Origin: Candidatus Aenigmatarchaeota archaeon
GTDB taxonomy: Archaea; Aenigmatarchaeota; Aenigmatarchaeia; CG10238-14; SpSt-28
Length of the DNA: 64,000 bases
Assembly (NCBI GenBank): GCA_025057985.1
Contig: JANXEV010000001.1
Coordinates: forward strand, 11,131-75,130
Reading direction: 5' to 3'
How positions within the stretch are numbered: the stretch's first letter is position 1; every line of letters begins with the position of its first letter. A program made the position numbers and the translations under genes. Below, piece after piece: positions 47,500 through 57,296 of the stretch. The notes beneath the pieces are model-generated. The model was given only the letters and a program-made list of their open reading frames with translations, ran no database searches and was not told where the DNA came from.

Positions 47500-49152
47500 T
47501 TAATACTCGTTTTCAGAAGGAGTTTCTGTTTTCTTACTTTCCTTCTCTTTACCCAACTTTCCTGCTGCTATTACATCATCTATTCTTAAAATCATTTCTG
47601 CCGCTTCTGCCGCAGATTTTATAGCTTGTGTCTTTACCTTTAATGGCTCTATTACTCCCATTTCTACAACATCTTTTATCTTACCCTCAAAAACATCTAT
47701 ACCATGGTTTACTTTTCCGTGCTCATGTGCCGCTCTGAGTTCCACTAGAATGTCTATCGGATCCAAACCTGCATTTTCTGCTAATGTTCTTGGTATTATT
47801 TCAAGTGCATTCGCAAACTCCTGTATTGCCAATTGTTCTCTTCCTGAGAATTTTTCTGCAAATTCTCTTATTCTTTTTGCTAGTTCTGCTTCTATTGCTC
47901 CTCCACCTGGAACGACTTTACCGCTTTCTATCGCAGAAACGAGAGCACCTATTCCATCTTCTACGTTTCTATCTATCTCATCGACGACATGTTCTGTGCT
48001 TCCTCTGACTAAGATAGTGACGGCCTTTGGATTTTTACACCCTTTAACAAAAGTCATAGCTTCTCCTGCTATTTTCTTTTCTTCAACTACCTCTGCGAAA
48101 CCTAAATCTTTTTCACTTAAATCATCTAGGTTACTGACTATTCTTGCTCCTGTGGCTTTTGCCAATGCTTCTAAATCTGACCTTTTAACTCTCCTACAAG
48201 CTACTATTCCTCTCTTTGCTAGATAGTGTTGAGCTAGGTCATCGATTCCTTTTTCCGTTATAACGACGTTTGCTCCCGTTTTCGCTATTTTTTCTACCAT
48301 TTCCTTAATCATTCTCTGCTCTTGCTGTAAAAATGCTTGTAGTTGTTCAGGAGATGTTATCCTTATTTGGGCGTCGGTTTCTGTTTTCTCTATCTCCAAT
48401 GGACAGTCCAACAAGGCAATTTTTGCATTTTTAACAACTTTTGGCATTTGCGGATGGACAAATTCTTTGTCGACTACCACTCCGTTTACTAATTCCGTAT
48501 CTAAAACAGAAGCCCCATGTTTTTTTACTCTTTTTATATTGTCTTTATTTACGTATAACTTTCCATCTCTTTCTTCAACTACTGTTTTTACTGCTGATAC
48601 AATTATCTCAGCTATCTTTGGTGCTGCTTCTTTACCGGTCTTTCCAGACATTGCCGTAATCACGATCTTTTTCAGATTGTCTTCTTCTTTTAAGTTGATC
48701 GGTGTTGCTATTTCCTCTAATACCCTTAAAGCTTCTTCTTTAGCTAACTGATAACCCTTTATTATGACGGTTGGATGAATATCTTGGTCTAAAAGCTCTT
48801 CTGCTCTTTTCAAAAGTTCTCCTGCTATTATTACCGCTGATGTTGTTCCATCACCAACTTCTTCATTCTGAGTTTTTGCAACTTCGACCATCATTTTAGC
48901 TGCTGGGTGTTCTACTTCCATTTCTTCCAAAATCGTCACTCCGTCGTTAGTTATTGTTATGTCTCCTATAGAATCTACCAACATCTTGTCCATTCCTTTT
49001 GGTCCTAAAGTAGTTCTGACTATATCTGCTACCGCTTTTGCTGCAGCTATGTTGTTTCTTTGAGCATCCTTACCTGTGGATCTCAAAGTACCTTCTGGTA
49101 GTATCAACACAGGTTGACCTCCTATTTGAGCAACATAAGCTTGTTGTGCCAT
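47500..49152 (-). CDS. ths: thermosome subunit (group II chaperonin, Hsp60/CCT family)
   Basis: ATP-binding motifs GDGTTS and VPGGGA are present. The N-terminus ([41 protein letters not shown]) is a textbook thermosome and the apical helical protrusion is present. It is 550 aa. Confidence 0.95.
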   Translation of the reverse strand: MAQQAYVAQIGGQPVLILPEGTLRSTGKDAQRNNIAAAKAVADIVRTTLGPKGMDKMLVDSIGDITITNDGVTILEEMEVEHPAAKMMVEVAKTQNEEVGDGTTSAVIIAGELLKRAEELLDQDIHPTVIIKGYQLAKEEALRVLEEIATPINLKEEDNLKKIVITAMSGKTGKEAAPKIAEIIVSAVKTVVEERDGKLYVNKDNIKRVKKHGASVLDTELVNGVVVDKEFVHPQMPKVVKNAKIALLDCPLEIEKTETDAQIRITSPEQLQAFLQQEQRMIKEMVEKIAKTGANVVITEKGIDDLAQHYLAKRGIVACRRVKRSDLEALAKATGARIVSNLDDLSEKDLGFAEVVEEKKIAGEAMTFVKGCKNPKAVTILVRGSTEHVVDEIDRNVEDGIGALVSAIESGKVVPGGGAIEAELAKRIREFAEKFSGREQLAIQEFANALEIIPRTLAENAGLDPIDILVELRAAHEHGKVNHGIDVFEGKIKDVVEMGVIEPLKVKTQAIKSAAEAAEMILRIDDVIAAGKLGKEKESKKTETPSENEY

Positions 49153-49164
49153 ATAATATCACCT

Positions 49165-49182
49165 AATTATTTATAATCGCTG
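49165..49182 (-). promoter_or_regulatory. BRE/TATA promoter for the thermosome gene
   Basis: The minus strand reads ...CAGCGATTATAAATAATTAGGTGATATTAT-ATG. The TATA box TTATAAATA is centred about 24 nt upstream of the ATG, with a purine-rich BRE-like CAGCGA just upstream. The transcript is probably near-leaderless. Confidence 0.35.
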
Positions 49183-49255
49183 AACGTTTAAAAATGTATA
49201 CCCACATACTAACCTAAGTATTTAAGCCTTTAAAAATCGACTAGAAAAATAAAAA

Positions 49256-49549
49256 ATGGTAGAAAATCATTACAAAGGAAAAAAGATCGTTGCCATCGAT
49301 AAAGACGATTTTAGAATATTCATAACAGGTAAAATAGTGGAACACGGTGATAATTACATTGTTGTGGAAGACGACACTGGAAAAATAAAAATAAATCACA
49401 ACTTAAGTGATCTAAAAAACATCAAAACTGTTAGAGTTTTTTGCACAAAAATTGATAATGAATTGTTTTGTGATTTCATACAAAATCTAGAAGGTTTAGA
49501 CTTAGAGCTGTATAACAAGGTTGAAGATTTATATTTAAAATTTTTATGA
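49256..49549 (+). CDS. small OB-fold-like protein (nucleic-acid-binding candidate) upstream of PCNA
   Basis: The 97-aa protein has an alternating beta-strand pattern (KIVAIDKDDFRIFITGKIVEHGDNYIVVEDDTGKIKI) resembling RPA/SSB-type OB folds. The assignment is by eye. Confidence 0.3.
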   Translation: MVENHYKGKKIVAIDKDDFRIFITGKIVEHGDNYIVVEDDTGKIKINHNLSDLKNIKTVRVFCTKIDNELFCDFIQNLEGLDLELYNKVEDLYLKFL

Positions 49550-49555
49550 ATATTT

Positions 49556-50311
49556 ATGGAAGTTTATTTTAAAGCATCAACGAAAGAACCAGAAATAATA
49601 ATAACTGCTGTTCAAACTGCTGCTGAGATAATTGACGAAGGAATATTCAAGCTTGGAAAAGATGGTATAAGCCTCACGGCAGCCGACAGAGCGATGATAG
49701 CCGTAATAGATATTTTCATTTCAAAAGATGTTTTCGATGAGTACGAAGTAGGAGAAGAAAAAGAAATTGGAGTAAACATGACTAACTTTCTTTCTGTTTT
49801 AAAAAGAGCTAGCGGTTCTGAAAAGTTAAGTATCGAGTTATACCAAAACAGATTAATTGTCACTATATTTGATGGTACCAAAAGGAAGTTTTATGTGCCA
49901 CTTCTAGAAATAGCCAAAGAAGAGATTCCACCCATACATCAGTTGGAGTTTAAAGCAAAAGTTACAATAAAACCGGAGCTTTTGAAAGACGCCATAGAAG
50001 ATGCGGAAATAATAACAGATGCTGTAACTTTTCATGCAAAAAAGAGTAGCTTTCAAATCAATGCTGAAGGTGATATAAGTAAGTCGGAGTTGGAATTAAG
50101 TGAGGGTGAAGATGGGTTAGTCGAGTTGGATGTAAAAGAAGAATCAAAAGCGAAATATCCTATAGACTATCTACAGAAAATACTTAAAGCTGCTAAAATT
50201 TCAGACGAAGTTTCAATAATGTTTTCGCAGGATTATCCGATGAGAATGGACTTCAAGAGTGAGAACAAAGCAAGAATATCTATGGTTCTCGCCCCCAGAG
50301 TTAGCGAGTGA
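49556..50311 (+). CDS. pcn: PCNA sliding clamp
   Basis: It is 251 aa with two similar domains, and the N-terminus FKASTKEPEIIITAVQTAAEIIDEGIFKLGKDGISLTAAD is typical of archaeal PCNA. Confidence 0.85.
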   Translation: MEVYFKASTKEPEIIITAVQTAAEIIDEGIFKLGKDGISLTAADRAMIAVIDIFISKDVFDEYEVGEEKEIGVNMTNFLSVLKRASGSEKLSIELYQNRLIVTIFDGTKRKFYVPLLEIAKEEIPPIHQLEFKAKVTIKPELLKDAIEDAEIITDAVTFHAKKSSFQINAEGDISKSELELSEGEDGLVELDVKEESKAKYPIDYLQKILKAAKISDEVSIMFSQDYPMRMDFKSENKARISMVLAPRVSE

Positions 50312-50420
50312 GTTTTGGTTCTAACTTGCAAATCAAGACATGTTTGTTAAATCCATAATAAACTTTTTTACCACAGTAAGGACAAACCCCTTCCGGCTCT
50401 ATGTTTTTTTCCTTGCTCAT
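50301..50420 (-). CDS. 39-aa zinc-binding small ORF (CPYC ... H-x3-C) convergent with and overlapping the 3' end of the PCNA gene
   Basis: It translates as MSKEKNIEPEGVCPYCGKKVYYGFNKHVLICKLEPKLTR. It is not in the ORF track because it is under 60 aa. It resembles half of an RpoP-type ribbon, but a genuine rpoP is found elsewhere in the window. Confidence 0.25.
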   Translation of the reverse strand: MSKEKNIEPEGVCPYCGKKVYYGFNKHVLICKLEPKLTR

Positions 50421-50499
50421 TTTTTTATTATATTTCAGTTTGCTTTTAAATTTTTAACATAGCAAAAAGCTTAAAAATAAAAACATGTAAGTAGATAAA

Positions 50500-50907
50500 A
50501 TGGCAAAAGAATTTAGATGGAAAGGTCTTACGTTGGAAGAATTAAAGAAAATATCTATCGAAGATTTTATTAAGTTGGCGCCCGCTAGAGTGAGAAGAAC
50601 ATTAAAGAGAGGATTGAAAGAAAATCATAAAAAACTTCTAAAAAAAATACTCAAAAACCCGGAAAAAATACACAAAACACATTTGAGAGATATGATTATC
50701 TTACCACAAATGATTGGAGCGAAGATTGCAGTTTATAGAGGCGGGAGTAAAGCAGGCGATAATTCTGAAAAGTGGAAAGTTATAACGATATCACCGGAGA
50801 TGGTCGGGAGAAGATTAGGAGAATTCGCCATAACGGTTAAAAAAGTCGAACATTCTGCCCCTGGAATAGGAGCTTCTAGAGGAAGTAAACACATAGCGGC
50901 AAAATAA
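50500..50907 (+). CDS. rps19: ribosomal protein uS19 (S19p/S15e)
   Basis: KTHLRDMIILPQMIGAKIAVYRGGS...ISPEMVGRRLGEFAITVKKVEHSAPGIGAS matches the uS19 core (THLRDM.I.PEM.G...GVYNGK.F..V.I.PEM.GH.LGEF..T...V.H..PGIGAT). It is isolated from any L2/L22/S3 genes. Confidence 0.85.
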   Translation: MAKEFRWKGLTLEELKKISIEDFIKLAPARVRRTLKRGLKENHKKLLKKILKNPEKIHKTHLRDMIILPQMIGAKIAVYRGGSKAGDNSEKWKVITISPEMVGRRLGEFAITVKKVEHSAPGIGASRGSKHIAAK

Positions 50908-50910
50908 AAA

Positions 50911-51915
50911 CTAGATTACTATTGGTAAATCTTTCCCACAATACTTACAACTTCTCCCATCCAAATCTATTCTCAAAACATTTATACCAAATCTTTTTAT
51001 CACAACCTCTCCACAGTATGGACAATAGGTGTTTTCTAGCTCATGTCCGGGGACATTTCCTATATACACGAATTTTAAACCTTCCTCCTTAGCTATTTTA
51101 GCATGTTTTTCTAAAGTTTCAATCGGAGTTGGATCTAAGTCAGTAAAAAGATAGTGTGGGAAAAATCTTAAAAAATGTATCGGAACATTTTCCCCCAAAT
51201 TTTCCAAAATCCATCTACAAAGTTTTTTACAATTTTCTAAATCGTCTCCCAATTTTGGGATCACTAAATCTGTAATCTCTATAAAAAACCCTGCTTCTTT
51301 CATCATCTTCAAATTTTGATATATCTCTTCTCCTTTTGGAACTCCCATGTTTTTTAAATAAAACTTTGGATCACCATTAGCCTTGAAATCGACCGTGACA
51401 GCATCTATGAATTTTTTCATCAACTCGATTGCTTCCTCTGTCTGGTAACCGTTTGTCACAAAAGTGTTTTTCATTCCTTTCTTCCTCGCCAATCTTCCTA
51501 TTTCATAGGCAAACTCTATAAAAATCGTTGGTTCGTTGTAAGTATAACTAAAAACTTTTACATTGTACTTCATCCCAATTTTTACTAGAGCAGACGGTGA
51601 AAGTCTCTCTCCTTCTATTTCGATCCTTTGACTCAAATCATAATTTTGACAAAACTTACAGGCAAAGTTGCATCCACTTGTCCCTATCGATAGGGCTAAA
51701 CTTCCTGGATAAAAATGGAACAACGGTTTTTTTTCTATCGGGTCTATGTTAACGGCTGATGGTAAAGAATAGACTAATAATTTTAATCTTCCGTTTACGT
51801 TTTTCCTAACACCACAAAAACCTACTTGCCCTTTTTCCAATAAACATTTTCTCCTACAAGCCAAACACTGGATTTTGTCATCAATTAAACTTTTAAAAAG
51901 CATCACACCTTTCAT
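50911..51915 (-). CDS. radical SAM enzyme (PflA-like activase / AmmeMemoRadiSam-type)
   Basis: It has a radical SAM core C-x3-C-x2-C (CNFACKFCQNY) and an N-terminal Cys cluster (CLACRRKC...FCG). It is 334 aa. Confidence 0.65.
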   Translation of the reverse strand: MKGVMLFKSLIDDKIQCLACRRKCLLEKGQVGFCGVRKNVNGRLKLLVYSLPSAVNIDPIEKKPLFHFYPGSLALSIGTSGCNFACKFCQNYDLSQRIEIEGERLSPSALVKIGMKYNVKVFSYTYNEPTIFIEFAYEIGRLARKKGMKNTFVTNGYQTEEAIELMKKFIDAVTVDFKANGDPKFYLKNMGVPKGEEIYQNLKMMKEAGFFIEITDLVIPKLGDDLENCKKLCRWILENLGENVPIHFLRFFPHYLFTDLDPTPIETLEKHAKIAKEEGLKFVYIGNVPGHELENTYCPYCGEVVIKRFGINVLRIDLDGRSCKYCGKDLPIVI

Positions 51916-51984
51916 AAAATAGATTTGAAGTTTAGAAAAAAATTTAAAAACTTCAAAAATTGTTAATAAAAAACAATATTTTAT

Positions 51985-53019
51985 ATGGAAAACGAATACC
52001 TGATGGATGTTTTGGTAGCAAGAATAAAAAATATGGAAGCTAGAAAAAAGTCAATAGCAAATTTTTTGAGAAACCAAAAAATAATCTCTTCAAGTTTGGT
52101 AGAAAGTGGAGATATAAAAAAAGTTTCTAAATTTCCTTTAACGACTACAGTCGCTGGTGTTGACAGTAGTACGCGTTGTAAGAGCTTCAGTGGAATTGAT
52201 ATATTTTTTAGCAAGGTCATAGGCGTAGTTTATTTTATTGAAAACGACAGGCTAAAAAAAGTAGAGTATGTTACAAACAATCCTTTGATAGAATATTCAA
52301 TAATAGCTCAACAACTATCTGAAATAGATTTAGAAATATTTTTGAACATTCTGAGACAAAAAAAAGAAATAAGTATGGCTATGAAGGTTTTGGAAAAATT
52401 TGAACCAGAATTTTTAGTTTTGAACGGTTCAATATTACCACACTATATCGAGTTTGTGTCCAAAAACTACATACTTCAAAAACAGAGAGAAGAGTTGATT
52501 GAAGTTTACAAAAATTTGTATAAAGTTGTTAAAGAAAAAAACACCATACTAGTTGGTGTCGTTGAGGATAGTAGAGGGAGAAAATTCACAGAAATCATTT
52601 CCGAAAATTTAGGTAAAGACCACAACTACTTGGAGATATTGGAAGAAAGTAGAGACGTCACAATACTTGATTATACACTCGAAAAATTTGAAAGAACCCC
52701 ACTATTTTATTACTCTGAGGATTTGCCGGAATTAGACTACAGAGAATTCCAATCGTTCTATATTAAAGTCTCTGAGTTTGATATACCGCTTAGAGTTGAC
52801 TTTTATTCTTACAGAGAGAATTTGGTCGATAAAATTTCAAACCTTTTACTTTCTTTAAAAACTAGCGAAGAATATGGAATGCCGTCGATATTGATAGAAG
52901 CCGATTTAAGATCTAAGTTCGCGGAAGAAGAAATAGATAATTTTTGTAAAAATCTGATGAAGAAAGTTGGTTTCATCTCTAGTTTAAAAGAAAAGAGAAG
53001 AGAGAAGAGACCTTTTTAA
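51985..53019 (+). CDS. NurA-like 5'-3' nuclease domain protein (stand-alone)
   Basis: It is 344 aa with a NurA-like N-terminal Asp motif (TTVAGVDSS) and a downstream acidic pattern. No herA is adjacent. Confidence 0.4.
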   Translation: MENEYLMDVLVARIKNMEARKKSIANFLRNQKIISSSLVESGDIKKVSKFPLTTTVAGVDSSTRCKSFSGIDIFFSKVIGVVYFIENDRLKKVEYVTNNPLIEYSIIAQQLSEIDLEIFLNILRQKKEISMAMKVLEKFEPEFLVLNGSILPHYIEFVSKNYILQKQREELIEVYKNLYKVVKEKNTILVGVVEDSRGRKFTEIISENLGKDHNYLEILEESRDVTILDYTLEKFERTPLFYYSEDLPELDYREFQSFYIKVSEFDIPLRVDFYSYRENLVDKISNLLLSLKTSEEYGMPSILIEADLRSKFAEEEIDNFCKNLMKKVGFISSLKEKRREKRPF

Positions 53020-54119
53020 TCTAAAAATTCTCCATTCTTAATTTTTTCTGGTAGATACTTTTCGCTAATAAAAGTTATTCCTCTAGCAGCCAGTGCCTCT
53101 AATTCTGCTTTCGCCTCCATTTTCTCCATCAAATCAAACTGTCTCTGCCAATCTTTATTGTGTTTAAACCACTCGTATTCTCTTATTTGTTTTAACCTTT
53201 TTTCGTCTATTTCCTTGAACTTTATTAAATGTTTTTCCAACCCATATTTTTTGATATCATCTCCTGTTAAACCTAAAAACTTGGCTTGTGGGATCGCTAG
53301 TCGGTCGCTAATGTGAGCCAAAGCTATAGAGCCGAATTTTATAACAGAATATATATAAATTCCCCACGGGTCGAAATCTGTGAGGACATAAATCGGTAAA
53401 CCTAATTCGTAATTGATTCTCTGAAGCAATCTTCTTATACCACGAGTAGCTTGACCTTGCGATGCGACTATTATACAATTTAGTTTTTTCCAGACTTTAT
53501 CTTCGTGCAATCTTTCCCAAACTGCAGATTTTTCCACATATATAACAAATTTAGCGTTAACTTCGACGAACTCTATGTCTTCTACGTTGCTAGGAACAGA
53601 CCATCCACCTGAACCAAGTTTAGACCAATCTATCAAATCTCCTCTATCCTTTATAACAACATTACCAGCTACGGCCCCTAGTTTGTTTGCATTCATGTGA
53701 AGTTGTTCTCTTAAAGCGTTTATTACTAACTCTAAATCTTCTATTGCTCTATTTGACTCTTCTTGTTCTTCAACGATGTTTTTCTTTAAACCTGGTATAG
53801 TTCTTTTTAGAATATAAAATGCTTCTCTTAGGCTAACGTGCTTATCTTCTTCGATAAGTTTTTTAGAAAGACTAGCTATGCCTGCTAGCTGAGTGAATCT
53901 TCTTGTTTCTCCTAAATGAAGAAAATACCTCTTCGAAACGTATCCACCTAGGAATATTTTTCTTTCTTTCGGATCAAACTTTATGTTTCTTAAAGTTCTA
54001 ACCGGAACTTCCACAGATGGATTTTTACCTTCTTCAATCTCCTTCAAAAAACTCTCTCCTAGACCCCTCAAGGTTTTTAGTATCTCATTTTTTTGTTTTG
54101 GTTTAATGTAGAATTGCAT
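53016..54119 (-). CDS. top6A: DNA topoisomerase VI subunit A (Spo11 homologue)
   Basis: A winged-helix/5Y-CAP region with the catalytic Tyr and a Toprim domain with DxD (VLTDFDPWG) are present. It is 367 aa and overlaps the NurA-like gene by 4 nt. Confidence 0.9.
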   Translation of the reverse strand: MQFYIKPKQKNEILKTLRGLGESFLKEIEEGKNPSVEVPVRTLRNIKFDPKERKIFLGGYVSKRYFLHLGETRRFTQLAGIASLSKKLIEEDKHVSLREAFYILKRTIPGLKKNIVEEQEESNRAIEDLELVINALREQLHMNANKLGAVAGNVVIKDRGDLIDWSKLGSGGWSVPSNVEDIEFVEVNAKFVIYVEKSAVWERLHEDKVWKKLNCIIVASQGQATRGIRRLLQRINYELGLPIYVLTDFDPWGIYIYSVIKFGSIALAHISDRLAIPQAKFLGLTGDDIKKYGLEKHLIKFKEIDEKRLKQIREYEWFKHNKDWQRQFDLMEKMEAKAELEALAARGITFISEKYLPEKIKNGEFLD

Positions 54120-54120
54120 A

Positions 54121-55722
54121 CTACTTCACCTCTATAACTTCTTCTTTCATCTTCTTTTCTTCTCCATCCTTGTACTCTCCTCTTCTAATTATTTCAATTA
54201 ACTTATTTTTTATATACTCTTTTGGTTTTCCAGTCAAATCAGAAACAAACTCAGAAAATACTTCAGAATAGGCTTCGAATATGTTTGCTCTCATGGCCAA
54301 GTGTTCTCTAACAAATTTTTTATGCAAATATATAGAAAGTTTTCTGCCAGCTTCCTGTAAAGCAAGTTTGACTTCTTTTATAATCTCAGGATATTCTGCT
54401 ATAGCTTGTTTACCTTCACTTTTATACGGTATCCAAACTGATATTAAATCTACCAGAATCACTAAAGGTGCTGGAGGTAGTCCTTTTGAATTTCTAGGCA
54501 ACCTATAATTACCCCAATCAACTTCTTCAACCGCTCGAGTTATCGCACAATCAGATTGATTGTAAAGTAAAGGGGTATGGTTGGCGAACCTCAACAAAAT
54601 AGCTTCCTGTGTAATTTCTTGTATTTTTCCGCCGTAAGCCAACCCTACTTGCACTTGAAACGGATATCCTCTGTAAACTGCTGGCTTTCTGACAACAGCA
54701 ACCACAAATTCTGGTTCGAATTCTTTTTTTAAACTTTCGGCCAAATATTCTTCTTTTAAGGCTGATAAACAATCAGTAGGAGGAGACATCAACTTAACAC
54801 TTTGCATTGCTTTGTGCAATCTTTCTATCTCTTCATCAGTTAATTCACTCGGTTTTTTCTCTTGATCTACCTTCGCAATCTTACATATACTTAAGGCAGA
54901 GTCTCTACCGATTCTAGAGAATTCTGAAGTCAAAAATCCTACAACATTTCTACTTTTCGTCATGTGAACCATTCTTTTTAATCTTCCCAACTCTACACCG
55001 TACGGATGTGGTTTAATTTCTTTCGGTTCTTTTGGTAACTCATTAACCACTCTTTCTAATGTAAAACTTGAATTTGGTCCGTCGTATACTATTTTTGTGA
55101 ATGGATTGGTTATCCAAATGTACTTCAAGTAAGTTGGTATGGATTGGCCTTTTTCTATGTATCTTCCTTCCACAAAAACCTCTACTTTTAAACCATGTAA
55201 ATTTTTTTCTATCGGTTCTTCTTTTCTTGAAATCACCTTAGGCTCATTTCTTATAACATCTATACTCAACTCTATTTCGTATTTTTTTCCCTTAAAGTAG
55301 GTTGTTATTTTAGCAGGTTTTCCTGTGGTGAGTTGTGCGTAAAGAATCGCACCTTTGGCCCCTATACCTTGTGTACCTATATTTTGTCTTAGTCTCATGA
55401 ATTTGCTCCCGACCAAAAATTTACCAAAAGCTATAGGTATTTTATCCGGAGGTAGACCTGGTCCGTTATCTTCAACCACTATCCTATACACATTTTCCTT
55501 TACCTCTTTAATCGAAACTTTGATCGTCGGCAATATTCTCGCTTCTAAACATGCATCTAAACTGTTATCGAAAAATTCTTTCACGACAGTCAACAAACTT
55601 TTAGTTGGATTTTCGTATCCAAGGAGATGTTTGTTCTTTTCAAAAAACTCAGCTATACTAATTTCTTTAATCTTTTCTCCCATTTCTTCCGCGAGCGTTT
55701 TTTCTTCTTTTACTTCCGTCAT
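54121..55722 (-). CDS. top6B: DNA topoisomerase VI subunit B (GHKL ATPase)
   Basis: The Bergerat fold motifs (ELVDNSLDA-like EFFDNSLDAC, GLPP, GTQGIGAKGA) and a transducer domain are present. It is 533 aa. Confidence 0.9.
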   Translation of the reverse strand: MTEVKEEKTLAEEMGEKIKEISIAEFFEKNKHLLGYENPTKSLLTVVKEFFDNSLDACLEARILPTIKVSIKEVKENVYRIVVEDNGPGLPPDKIPIAFGKFLVGSKFMRLRQNIGTQGIGAKGAILYAQLTTGKPAKITTYFKGKKYEIELSIDVIRNEPKVISRKEEPIEKNLHGLKVEVFVEGRYIEKGQSIPTYLKYIWITNPFTKIVYDGPNSSFTLERVVNELPKEPKEIKPHPYGVELGRLKRMVHMTKSRNVVGFLTSEFSRIGRDSALSICKIAKVDQEKKPSELTDEEIERLHKAMQSVKLMSPPTDCLSALKEEYLAESLKKEFEPEFVVAVVRKPAVYRGYPFQVQVGLAYGGKIQEITQEAILLRFANHTPLLYNQSDCAITRAVEEVDWGNYRLPRNSKGLPPAPLVILVDLISVWIPYKSEGKQAIAEYPEIIKEVKLALQEAGRKLSIYLHKKFVREHLAMRANIFEAYSEVFSEFVSDLTGKPKEYIKNKLIEIIRRGEYKDGEEKKMKEEVIEVK

Positions 55723-55764
55723 AATAATCAGAATAAATTTTATTTCTTTTGTGTTTAAATTTTT

Positions 55765-56262
55765 TTACTTCAACAACTCTCTTTCTAAAAATCTTTGAAC
55801 AGTACTGTGTGATCTTCCTTCTAACAACATTTCAATCGATCTTCTAGCTAAGTTAACACCATCCCATTTTCCGATGATCGAAATTGTCTTTCCTTCGATC
55901 ACTATTTTAGTTCCAGTTTTTTCTTCTATCATTTTTTTAAAAGACCCCTTCTTTCCTATAACTCTACCTTTCAACTGAATTCTCCTCTCTCTTTTTTCAC
56001 TCCATTCTTTTAGATTTATCACATCCAGGAAATAGTTTTCGTCTAGCAAGTATAAAGAGGTCTTTAAATCAAACCCTTTATTCAGAGCTTTAATCACTTC
56101 TTTTACTCTTAAAACTGAAACTTGGTCTTCACCTTCCACTCTAGCTTCTTGATCTTCTATCTCTACTTTACAATTGCTTAGCTCTTCTATTTTTTTAATC
56201 CAATCTTGTCTTTTCTTTAGAAGTTTCGCTTTTTCCTCTGAGAGAACAACATACTCTTTCAT
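55765..56262 (-). CDS. KH-domain RNA-binding protein (Dim2/Pno1-like)
   Basis: A KH motif VIGKKGSFKKMIEEKTGTKIVIEG is present. It is 165 aa and sits in the conserved eIF1A-RIO-KH gene cluster. Confidence 0.7.
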   Translation of the reverse strand: MKEYVVLSEEKAKLLKKRQDWIKKIEELSNCKVEIEDQEARVEGEDQVSVLRVKEVIKALNKGFDLKTSLYLLDENYFLDVINLKEWSEKRERRIQLKGRVIGKKGSFKKMIEEKTGTKIVIEGKTISIIGKWDGVNLARRSIEMLLEGRSHSTVQRFLERELLK

Positions 56263-56263
56263 T

Positions 56264-56968
56264 TCACCACCTTAACTTTTCAAAAAGATTATCGTCTACC
56301 AAAACTCCTCTTTTTTTGAAAAACTCATTAATGTTTTCTAAATCTCTCTTTAAAAAATCTAACGCCATCGGATGACTTTTAGTTACGGCATGACTAAAAT
56401 CTATGAGATATGGTTTTTCTAAAAACAAAACATTGTAAGAACTTAAATCAGCATGGATCAATCCACCTTTTAATAGTTTTTCGATATTTAAAATAACTTG
56501 ATCGTAAATTTCTTTCCAATTCAATCTTTCATTTTTCAAATCTTCCAAACTGGGAGCAGGGATTCCATTTTCTCCTATGAAAGACATCACAAGAACGTTG
56601 TTATATACAACTATCGGTTGCGAACAATCGACACCAGAATCAAATGCCGTTTTCATGTTTTTAAACTCTCTCTTAGCCCAGTTTAAAATAATATGCCATC
56701 TATTTTTTCTAACTCTCTCAAATCTATGGTCTGAAACCAAATATTTCCACATAGTTTTAAAGTCGCAGTATTCGACTCTATAAATCTTTAAAGCCAACCA
56801 TCTTTCATTTTGATCTTTAGCAGAGACGACTATACTTTCTTTCCCTTCTTTTATCGTAGATTCCAACGTTTTTATTACACCTTTTCTAATTAGTTTGTAT
56901 AAACTCATCAAAGTTCTTCTATCATAAACTTTACCCTCAATCTTACCTTCAGAGAAAAAGTCTTCCAT
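56264..56968 (-). CDS. rio1: RIO-type serine/threonine kinase (Rio1-like)
   Basis: The catalytic loop LIHADLSSYNVL, a metal-binding D in IDFSHAV and 234-aa length are typical of archaeal RIO. Confidence 0.85.
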   Translation of the reverse strand: MEDFFSEGKIEGKVYDRRTLMSLYKLIRKGVIKTLESTIKEGKESIVVSAKDQNERWLALKIYRVEYCDFKTMWKYLVSDHRFERVRKNRWHIILNWAKREFKNMKTAFDSGVDCSQPIVVYNNVLVMSFIGENGIPAPSLEDLKNERLNWKEIYDQVILNIEKLLKGGLIHADLSSYNVLFLEKPYLIDFSHAVTKSHPMALDFLKRDLENINEFFKKRGVLVDDNLFEKLRW

Positions 56969-56975
56969 TAAAAAA

Positions 56976-57296
56976 TTATATCTGCAAGTTTTTTATGTAG
57001 CCGTTTTTCTTCAACCAATTCGCTTGAGTCGGCGTATATCTAAAAATTACGTCCCCTCTTTTATCTCCCTGAATCTTCCATGGCTCGATCAAAACCAAGT
57101 CCCTCTCTCTAATCCAAACTCTTTTCCTAAGTTTTCCAGGAATCCTACAAATTCTTTCTTTATTGTCATCACAAATAACTTTCATTCTATCCCCACCTAA
57201 CATAGAATCTACTATACCTAAAACTTCACCTTCTCTCGGCAATCTTATTCTTGAAATCTCTAACTCTTCTTCAGTAGGCTCGTATCTTTTTGTCAT
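56976..57296 (-). CDS. eif1a: translation initiation factor 1A (aIF1A)
   Basis: An S1-like OB fold (GEVLGIVDSMLGGDRMKVICDDNKERICRIPGKLRKRVWIRERDLVLIEPW) is present. It is 106 aa. Confidence 0.85.
   Translation of the reverse strand: MTKRYEPTEEELEISRIRLPREGEVLGIVDSMLGGDRMKVICDDNKERICRIPGKLRKRVWIRERDLVLIEPWKIQGDKRGDVIFRYTPTQANWLKKNGYIKNLQI

Noticed and set aside
47750-48751. Plus-strand ORFs of 158, 74, 72 and 94 aa rich in Leu/Ser/Phe
   Set aside because: They are antisense to the thermosome gene, whose protein is unambiguous. These are compositional artefacts of AT-rich antisense strands.
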